Assembly (NCBI GenBank): GCA_024626585.2 | Contig: JANKJI020000002.1 | Location: 109,188,221-109,206,157 of the forward strand | DNA: 17,937 nt | Reading direction: 5' to 3' | DNA from: Ginkgo biloba | Taxonomy: Eukaryota > Plantae > Ginkgophyta | Shown: positions 10,785-17,937 of the stretch, in pieces | Layout of the letters: each line of letters starts with the position of its first letter | How positions within the stretch are numbered: position 1 is the stretch's first letter | Made by a program: the position numbers and the translations under genes | Notes under the pieces: generated by a model | The model's input: the letters and a program-made list of their open reading frames with translations, nothing else | Databases searched by the model: none | What the model was told of the DNA's origin: nothing

Positions 10785-11192
10785 GTTAAATGTCAGACCC
10801 AATGCAGAAGAATATCCCTCCGTAGAACTACTATTAAATTTCACTTTCGGATTATATCCAGCAGTGCGAATTCAATCCTAGTTAAAATAGATTTCACTAA
10901 CTGAACTTTGTAAGTAGTACCTCACAGGATGTAATCAGCATGTGCATTACTTGAAAACACGACACCGAATTTCCCGTCAGCAATTCAATGATGAAAAAGC
11001 AGAGAGACAAAACTTGAATTATTAGAATACTTGCAAGCAGTGTTTCTTTGTCGCAATGACACAACAACATTTCTGACCTCAATTAAAAATGAAACCAAAA
11101 TTCAAATTACCGAACAAAATATTAGAAGTAACCATTGACCTCAGCTGACATCAAAAGCCGTTGCATTACAATTAAGAGTAAAGCTAACTTAC

Positions 11193-11303
11193 CTTCAGAA
11201 GCGGTATATGTATCATATCCAACGTGCTGTTTGGCGTGATGAGAGCCGTTTCCAGTTCCTCAGCTGTAAATTCCACATTTATGTTCAAAATAGGTCGGAA
11301 GAC
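11193..11303 (-). CDS. DDR4: Coding exon 2 of the DDR4-like gene (DDT domain core)
   Basis: 111 bp = 37 codons, VFRPILNINVEFTAEELETALITPNSTLDMIHIPLLK, closely resembling DDR4 (VFRPLLKINAEFSAEEFETALLTPNDTLSDIHIPLLK, recalled). Acceptor CAG|GTC and perfect donor AAG|GTAAGT. Not in the ORF track because it is a short internal exon. Confidence 0.92.
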
Positions 11304-11439
11304 CTGCACTCTTCCAAGAATACAGGGTCACCAGAGTATAGCAAACGAAAAAGAACGAAAAATGCCAAGGGTTCTTGTTCACAAAGTCTAGGGGTCGAAT
11401 CTCATTGAGAGAAATAAATATGGAGATGATCGATCGTAC
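11304..11439 (-). other. Intron 1 of the DDR4-like gene (136 bp, phase 0, GT-AG)
   Basis: Begins GTACGA at 11439 and ends GTGCAG at 11304, with a T-rich interior on the minus strand. Splicing joins ...NFLH to VFRP... in frame, as expected for the family. Confidence 0.9.
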
Positions 11440-11715
11440 ATGTAAAAAGTTGAGGAGGGAGGCCAACTCCCACATGTTGCGCAGAAGCCATCGCTGCTTT
11501 TGAGAGGGCGGAAGGGGAGAGACGAAGACGAGCGGAGGTTCTCGATCCTCGGCGGCCTTGCGCGGCGTCGGACGTTCGACAGTCGGGGCGAGCGGGGCGA
11601 GCCTGGCCGAAGTGCGGGCTGTGCAGGCTCGGGCGGGGCGCTTCCGTGGCTCATCGTCCTGCCGATCCTCCGCTGAATATGATGTCTGCACCGCCCCGGC
11701 TGACATTTTCTTCGC
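11430..11715. promoter_or_regulatory. GC/CpG-rich island over exon 1
   Basis: Dense CG dinucleotides (e.g. ctcggcggccttgcgcggcgtcggacgttcgac), in contrast to the CpG-poor, AT-rich TE flanks. Confidence 0.7.
11440..11706 (-). CDS. DDR4: Coding exon 1 of a DDT domain-containing protein, DDR4-like (plant ISWI-associated chromatin-remodelling subunit)
   Basis: ATG at 11706 in A-rich context (AAGAAAATG). Translation MSAGAVQ...RKRPARACTARTSARL...PPSQKQRWLLRNMWELASLLNFLH matches, from memory, the RPSRACT and PSQxPRWxLRSMWELASVLNFLH motifs of Arabidopsis DDR4. Followed by a GT donor (CAT|GTACGA at 11439). The frame is open upstream into the masked block, so an N-terminal extension cannot be excluded. 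Confidence 0.9.
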
Positions 11716-13202
11716 CTGAAATAAACCAGGAGTTATGTGCCTTTGGAAACCCCCTCTTTTGCAGCATAACAGAGAGCAATTGGGCTGTTCATTTGCAGCA
11801 NNNNNNNNNNNNNNNNNNNNNNNNNNNNNNNNNNNNNNNNNNNNNNNNNNNNNNNNNNNNNNNNNNNNNNNNNNNNNNNNNNNNNNNNNNNNNNNNNNNN
11901 NNNNNNNNNNNNNNNNNNNNNNNNNNNNNNNNNNNNNNNNNNNNNNNNNNNNNNNNNNNNNNNNNNNNNNNNNNNNNNNNNNNNNNNNNNNNNNNNNNNN
12001 NNNNNNNNNNNNNNNNNNNNNNNNNNNNNNNNNNNNNNNNNNNNNNNNNNNNNNNNNNNNNNNNNNNNNNNNNNNNNNNNNNNNNNNNNNNNNNNNNNNN
12101 NNNNNNNNNNNNNNNNNNNNNNNNNNNNNNNNNNNNNNNNNNNNNNNNNNNNNNNNNNNNNNNNNNNNNNNNNNNNNNNNNNNNNNNNNNNNNNNNNNNN
12201 NNNNNNNNNNNNNNNNNNNNNNNNNNNNNNNNNNNNNNNNNNNNNNNNNNNNNNNNNNNNNNNNNNNNNNNNNNNNNNNNNNNNNNNNNNNNNNNNNNNN
12301 NNNNNNNNNNNNNNNNNNNNNNNNNNNNNNNNNNNNNNNNNNNNNNNNNNNNNNNNNNNNNNNNNNNNNNNNNNNNNNNNNNNNNNNNNNNNNNNNNNNN
12401 NNNNNNNNNNNNNNNNNNNNNNNNNNNNNNNNNNNNNNNNNNNNNNNNNNNNNNNNNNNNNNNNNNNNNNNNNNNNNNNNNNNNNNNNNNNNNNNNNNNN
12501 NNNNNNNNNNNNNNNNNNNNNNNNNNNNNNNNNNNNNNNNNNNNNNNNNNNNNNNNNNNNNNNNNNNNNNCATAGAGTCTCAATTTATTTTTATTTTATT
12601 GGATAAGTGTAGGTGAGAAGATAATAAGTTGTAATATTGTAGAAGGGAAGGTCACGTGATTCAAATAAATGTAGTATGGTTGAGTAATTGTTTAGTGTTT
12701 TTATTAACAACACTATGTACTGTACTTTTCAATATAATTTCTATATTTTCTATCTAATGGGTTCTACACACATGTAGACTAAATATCTTAGTGAATGTCC
12801 ATTGTATTCCTAACTTATTTACTAGAATTCAAGTAGTTTTGTACCTAGTCTCATATACCTGGAGTTTGATTTTTAAAGGGAATCTATAAACTAACCTCCA
12901 ATTATTCATGTGTTTAGCTTTACTTACCATGGGACAATAATTAGTCCAATTCGTCCAAACTTACTAACTTTATATAAAAAACTTGGGGGTAAACTTATAA
13001 GGTGTCAAGGGTCCACTTTTGTCACATGAGGTGCTCACCCAAGATGTTAGGTTCCATTACACACACATAGTAGATGACTTAGTGGCTTTTAAATCTACGT
13101 CCAGTGCTCATGCACTGAAATACGCTTGTGTTAACTTGCTTGAAGAGCATTATAATACTAGTCTCTTATTCTTCCATTTGTAGGAAAATTTCATAAGTGC
13201 AT

Positions 13203-13642
13203 TAGAAATTTATGGGGGCATTATAGAGACCAAAAGGTAGAACCAATAGGAAAATGTTCCCCATGGACAAGTGAATGTTATTTTATATTGATATTCTTCC
13301 ATAATTTATATCTAATTGTATCCTAAAAAACCATCAAGGAAGGAAAAATACCTTTTACCAGCCAGTTGATCTAGAACTTGATCGATGAAGGGTAATGGGA
13401 AATGATCCTTTATTGTAGCATCATTCAATGTTTGATAAATGATGAAGATCCTCTTCTTTCCATTATTATTCAATACTACCACCAATAGGGATACTCACTA
13501 ACTATCAAAGATGGGATAAATAAAATTCAGTCAATAACTTATCTATCTCTTCTTTCACTATTTGAGTTTTAAGAGGATTCAACTACCACTGAGGTTGTTG
13601 CATAGGTAGTGAGTCCTCCTTTGTATAAATATAGTGGAAATA
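13203..13642 (-). mobile_element. Decayed Ty3/gypsy reverse transcriptase fragment (Athila/Tat-like, non-chromovirus)
   Basis: Minus-strand translation across frameshifts: LNPLKTQIVKEEIDKLL ... LNDATIKDHFPLPFIDQVLDQLAGKRYFSFLDGFLGYN*I ... YKITFTCPWGTFS..VLPFGLYNAP. Truncated before the YxDD motif. Confidence 0.9.
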
Positions 13643-14620
13643 ANNNNNNNNNNNNNNNNNNNNNNNNNNNNNNNNNNNNNNNNNNNNNNNNNNNNNNNNN
13701 NNNNNNNNNNNNNNNNNNNNNNNNNNNNNNNNNNNNNNNNNNNGGAGAAAGTGATAGTGTAGAGAAGAAAGGGAGTTCTATAAGTGACCAAAGGTGGTCG
13801 ACAAATGGTTCGAGGTAGTCTTGATGAATAGAAGTTTGACAAGTGACGATGATGTAGACAATGGTCATGATGAGTTGAGAGATGAAGAAGATGATGGTGG
13901 GAAGGAGAGAATATATATGGATTGTGGAAAAGAGATGTGTCTTTTTCATAGTCTTATAGAGGGTCTTGATGACATATGAAGACCTCATGAGGAGAAGAGA
14001 TGGTCAACAGGTGACCATCTCTTAGATAGACCCAAAGAATTTTTTCCAACAACCCACGTAAGCTAGATAGATAAACCCAAGCAAGTTTGACAAGCAAACT
14101 GAAGGAAGTGAATGACAAAGAATTAGAGGATGGAATAGAAGAGAGTGGAGGTACAACGAGTCATGGTGTCAGCTTAAGAATGCATCATGAGAAGGAGACA
14201 TGATAAGTGATCGTGCTCGTGGATGGCTGCGACAATACCCAAGAATTAGGTGGTAGAGAAGAAGGAATGGAGTGAGCCAATGATATGAAGGTAATTAAGG
14301 GTGGTGATACTTTGGAGATGAGTGATGTAGACAAGGGGGAAGATCACCATATAAAGGAAACACTAGAGGAACTCATACTTGGGGATAAGCATACAATTGG
14401 CGAGATAATTCAATTGGAGAGTCGTCAGGAGGGCGATAAGAGTATGTTGGTTGCAAGTGGAGCCACATTTGAAGAACGAGCAGATTCCTACAATAAGAAA
14501 AAGTTGTGAGGAAGAAGGCATTGTTTAAGTGTAACAAGCAAAGCAGTGAGGGATTTATTGTGACTATCAATGAATGAGAGCATCATTGATGAGTCAAAGG
14601 CACTAGTAGAGAACTTAAAA

Positions 14621-14745
14621 TGGGTCCCAGAAGAGGTGAGATAATAGTTCAAAAAGAGCAAGAGCAGGTATTTGGTGAAGTGGAAGGAAAATTTTCCCAA
14701 GGATAATACTTGGAACATGGAGGGAGAACTGAAGGAGTTGGATGA
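14621..14745 (+). pseudogene. Retrotransposon chromodomain remnant
   Basis: WVPEEVR**FKKSKSRYLVKWKENFPKDNTWNMEGELKELD contains the YLVKWK...(E/D)NTW chromodomain signature and lies ~60 bp upstream of a PPT. Confidence 0.8.
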
Positions 14746-14807
14746 ATAGAAGTAGAGAGGATTCAAAGAAGAGCATGAGTGGGAACTCATACAAAATTTT
14801 ATAACCT

Positions 14808-14815
14808 AGGGAGGA
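14808..14815 (+). other. Polypurine tract (PPT)
   Basis: AGGGAGGA immediately before TGATGTAG. Same AGGGAGG..TGATGTA junction as in the intronic element. Confidence 0.6.
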
Positions 14816-16031
14816 TGATGTAGGGACATCACCAATCAGTTTAAAAAATAATGATTTTACGATAGTTTTGGCGAATAGATGAGTCAATTTTAACAAATGG
14901 GCAAAGGAAGTTCAGTGAACAACTAAACCATTCAATGAATGACCTATATAATTTTGGCAAATGGATGAGAGGCTCGATGGACAAGTAAAGAGTAGATGAA
15001 TGGAAGAATAACTCATGAATGATAAAGGACATTATCTAAACAAGCAAATGAGGATGTCGAACGGTGTAAGGTGTTTGAGGAGTAAACTTTCTAGCTTGAC
15101 GAACAAATTTTATAGCTTGATAAATGGTGAGCAGGTATGAGTGAACAAGCCAAGGAGCTCCATGAACAATAAACACATCAACAAGTGATGTAAGCCATTT
15201 TACAAATGGAGCATTGATGCAACGAATGAGATAAAGAGAGAAAGGTCAACATCAAAATAAATTCAAAGAATAAGTGCACCAATGGAATTATTTCATTTGT
15301 GACTACATGAATGGAAGAAATAAAGCCTTCAATAACCAATTTTGAAATGGGTAAGGTGGTAGGTGGAATGGTATGGACATTTAGAGAGTTTGGTGGTAGG
15401 TAGAGGTGGTTGAAGAACAATAAGAAAGAAAGGAAGGTCAGTGATTATGAAGGATTTGGGAAAGATAGAATGAGAGAGACAGGTAGAGAGGAATGGAACA
15501 CAAAGTAGGCTCTTGGGGTTACTTAACGGTTATTATAAGGAAAGAAAGAGGTAGACAAAGGGTAGTAGTCATTTATAGGCTTGGGAACCAACCACGAAGA
15601 AGGACTGAGTTGGGGCTTTGAGGGTAGCAAAGCCTATAGCGTCCATAAAGATGGGTCATAAGAGAGACAAGGGGGTTTTGGGTGTCATTTGTGTATAGAG
15701 AGTTTAGTGGAGGGCATGCTTTATAGGTAGAAAATAGAAAGATTAGGGATTCAACGGTGTTTCAAAGTGATAAACATAGTTTAGAAAATATTTCTTTGTA
15801 TACATTTTATAATTTCTCTCTAAGAGGAGATTTGAAGCCTTATAATTGTAAAATCCCCTTTCAAGGTTATGTTAATGAAAAGATTCTCTTTATATAACAT
15901 CTTTTTCTATTGTAAATGTATTTCTCCACCTAATCTCACATATAGGCCTAGAGTTAGTGGAGCACACCTGAGTGAATGGTGTGAAATACTTAAGCGAACA
16001 TCTTACACACTTCTCCTTGGGCACTATATCA
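14816..16031 (+). repeat. LTR (1216 bp) of a chromovirus-like gypsy element
   Basis: TG...CA ends with a terminal inverted repeat TGATGTAG / CTATATCA (7/8). Preceded by a PPT and followed after 4 nt by a PBS. No second copy in the window to confirm. Confidence 0.7.
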
Positions 16032-16035
16032 TTTA

Positions 16036-16046
16036 TGGTATTAGAG
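16036..16046 (+). other. Primer-binding site (tRNA-iMet type)
   Basis: TGGTATTAGAG, 10/11 match to TGGTATCAGAG, between the LTR end and gag. Confidence 0.75.
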
Positions 16047-16096
16047 ATAAGGTTTTGGTTAGATAGGGATTACAGTGAGAAGAAGAGAGTTGCAAG

Positions 16097-16511
16097 ATGA
16101 CAAGATGAGTTGCGAGAGGGGGATTAACTATGGCCAATAGAGAAATTGAATCCCTAAGAAAGAGGATAAGGGATTTGGATAATGAAACCTAGAGGTGCAG
16201 ATGAGGTGGAGAAATTGAATCAAAATCAAAAGAAGAAGAGAGGGAAGAACAAAGGCCAGAGGATGTAGGAGAATTCTTATTGGAATTATTGAAGAATAAT
16301 TAAGGTGAAATAAAGATGGAGGTTCTAAACTATGGAGGTAGCCTAAAGCCAGAGGAGATCATTGATTAGATCAATGCCCTAGATAAATACTTTGAGTGGG
16401 AAGAAATTCAAGACCCCAAAAGAGTGAAGTTTGCAAGTACAAGGTTGAAGGGTCATACAACAATTTAGTGGGAGCACTTATAGATGGAACTTGAGTGAGA
16501 AGGGGTAAGGA
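16097..16511 (+). pseudogene. Decayed gypsy gag (CRM-like), truncated at N-run
   Basis: Single frame from ATG 16097/16130: ...IKMEVLNYGGSLKPEEIID*INALDKYFEWEEIQDPKRVKFASTRLKGHTTI*WEHL*MELE. Stops fall at conserved Trp/Gln positions. Confidence 0.9.
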
Positions 16512-17937
16512 NNNNNNNNNNNNNNNNNNNNNNNNNNNNNNNNNNNNNNNNNNNNNNNNNNNNNNNNNNNNNNNNNNNNNNNNNNNNNNNNNNNNNNNNN
16601 NNNNNNNNNNNTTTATAATTCATGTATTCATATATTAAGCATCAAGTTCTGCTTATAAATATATTTTATTGTTCATACTTTTGTTGGTAAGTGGAACCAT
16701 GGAAAAACTCTAAGCATACATGTTTTTAGTTTTGTATCATTTCGCGATAAAAAAATGATATTATATTAATTACATTAATAAGCACCCTTTCAAGTGTAAC
16801 CAAACCATCAAATTAGATTAAACCTATTAGTCATGATTAATTATTTATTTTTGNNNNNNNNNNNNNNNNNNNNNNNNNNNNNNNNNNNNNNNNNNNNNNN
16901 NNNNCAATTAAATTATGTGTACTAGTGATTATTGTCTTAATCCCATGCATTTTTTAAATGGTAATAAGGGAATAAAATAGTATAATATCAATTTTGAGCC
17001 CATGTTTTATGTATCCTTGGGAACATTTTAAATTAGTGTATGTCCTTTCTGTATTGATTGTATCAAATTTTTAGCAATGTTTCTTTTATTTGTGTGAAGG
17101 TTATTTAATTATTTTCTCCTTTTGCATCAAATTAGATTTCTTTGATTTATAGTGTTGAATATCTCTATTACATGACATTGATTCTCTAGTCCATTGATTA
17201 TAAGAATAAGAAGTGGAGGAAGTATACAATAGAGAAGTACTTACACGACTTGATGTTGATACCATATTAAGGAATAAGAATGGAAGTCTTGGTTTAGGTC
17301 TAACTAAGAGTAGAGGTGTTGCTCTTAGTTTCCTACTTCCTAACATTGTTGGTTGTCCATTTTGCGTCAATCCTGGAACATAAATACAACCTAGAGGAAC
17401 TTATAAAATAATAAAATAATGATAGAAAATATTACATGTATTATCTAATCAATTCAAAAAAGTTATCTCTTAAACCAAAATGGATATTATCATTGACATT
17501 TATTTGCATAATCTTAGTTTATTACTTCATTATATGCATGAACTTATACTGTACTTATACATATGAAATTTCAAACATTGGATGTTAATGTTGTAATGTA
17601 ATGACAACATGGCAACTTAGAATTAGTGATGTGGTGATATCCTATTGGCATGGCATTGATGTAACACTAATAAGGAAACCTTCTAGATTATGCAATAATC
17701 TGACAACAATATCGTATGGACTATCTAAATTGGTTCTACAAATAACCTGCATAGTTGTTGTACAAATTCGTATGAATGCTTGTATACCTCTCTATGTAAC
17801 ATGGACCCATATAGTATGAACATTATCAATGAGGTAAAAGTAGTAAAAAAATTGAATTAAATATACAAAAAAGTGCATTAAATAAGTCATTCAATGGTGT
17901 ATTAAATGAACCCTAAATGCATTTATTACCCTGTTAA

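Larger units (their letters stand above)
1..11192 (-). other. Probable intron 2 of the DDR4-like gene (at least 11 kb, TE-filled; 3' end outside window or masked)
   Basis: GTAAGT donor at 11192. I could not find the expected next exon (AIPPV..RMAL..TWVTVLCRK..DWWHW-like) in unmasked sequence. Confidence 0.65.

Noticed and set aside
11388-11654. 88-aa Pro/Arg/Ser-rich ORF overlapping exon 1
   Set aside because: Alternative-frame shadow of a GC-rich exon that runs through the splice donor.
3003-12616. Long ORFs in the track (e.g. 3003-3737, 7116-7793, 11260-12573, 11646-12575)
   Set aside because: Their length comes from N-runs read as X. Only 11706-11440 of the 11260-12573 frame is real coding sequence.
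12652-12657. G-box CACGTG ~950 bp upstream of the ATG
   Set aside because: A single hexamer is expected by chance at this window size, and there is no supporting context.
13569-15420. Hydrophobic Phe/Leu/Ser-rich minus-strand ORFs resembling membrane or env-like proteins
   Set aside because: Antisense artefacts of the strongly purine-rich plus strand of the retroelement.

Overview
Eukaryotic, hard-masked (N-run) plant DNA, most likely from a large gymnosperm-type genome. That assignment is inferred from the retroelement content and intron size, not proven. The only recognisable host gene is the 5' part of a DDR4-like DDT-domain (ISWI-partner) gene on the minus strand: exon 1 at 11706-11440 and exon 2 at 11303-11193. 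No further exon is visible, so intron 2 appears to run at least 11 kb to the window edge. That intron holds a degenerate ~60-bp x9 tandem array (10211-10784), a Ty1/copia integrase remnant (~470-930), and a near-full-length but very old minus-strand Ty3/gypsy element (~1314-9459). The gypsy element retains two diverged LTRs, a PBS, gag, PR/RT/RH/INT remnants and a PPT. Its gag is interrupted by a probable Helitron that itself carries an 8-bp-TSD hAT-type MITE. Upstream of the gene lie an Athila/Tat-like RT fragment (minus strand) and a plus-strand chromovirus structure in which one 1.2-kb LTR sits between a chromodomain+PPT and a PBS+gag (internal-LTR-internal). Most ORFs in the supplied track are artefacts of N-runs or of decayed TE frames. 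I found no well-supported novel protein-coding system. The best candidates for something undescribed are the intronic array, the shared-LTR arrangement and the integrase-less chromodomain frame.
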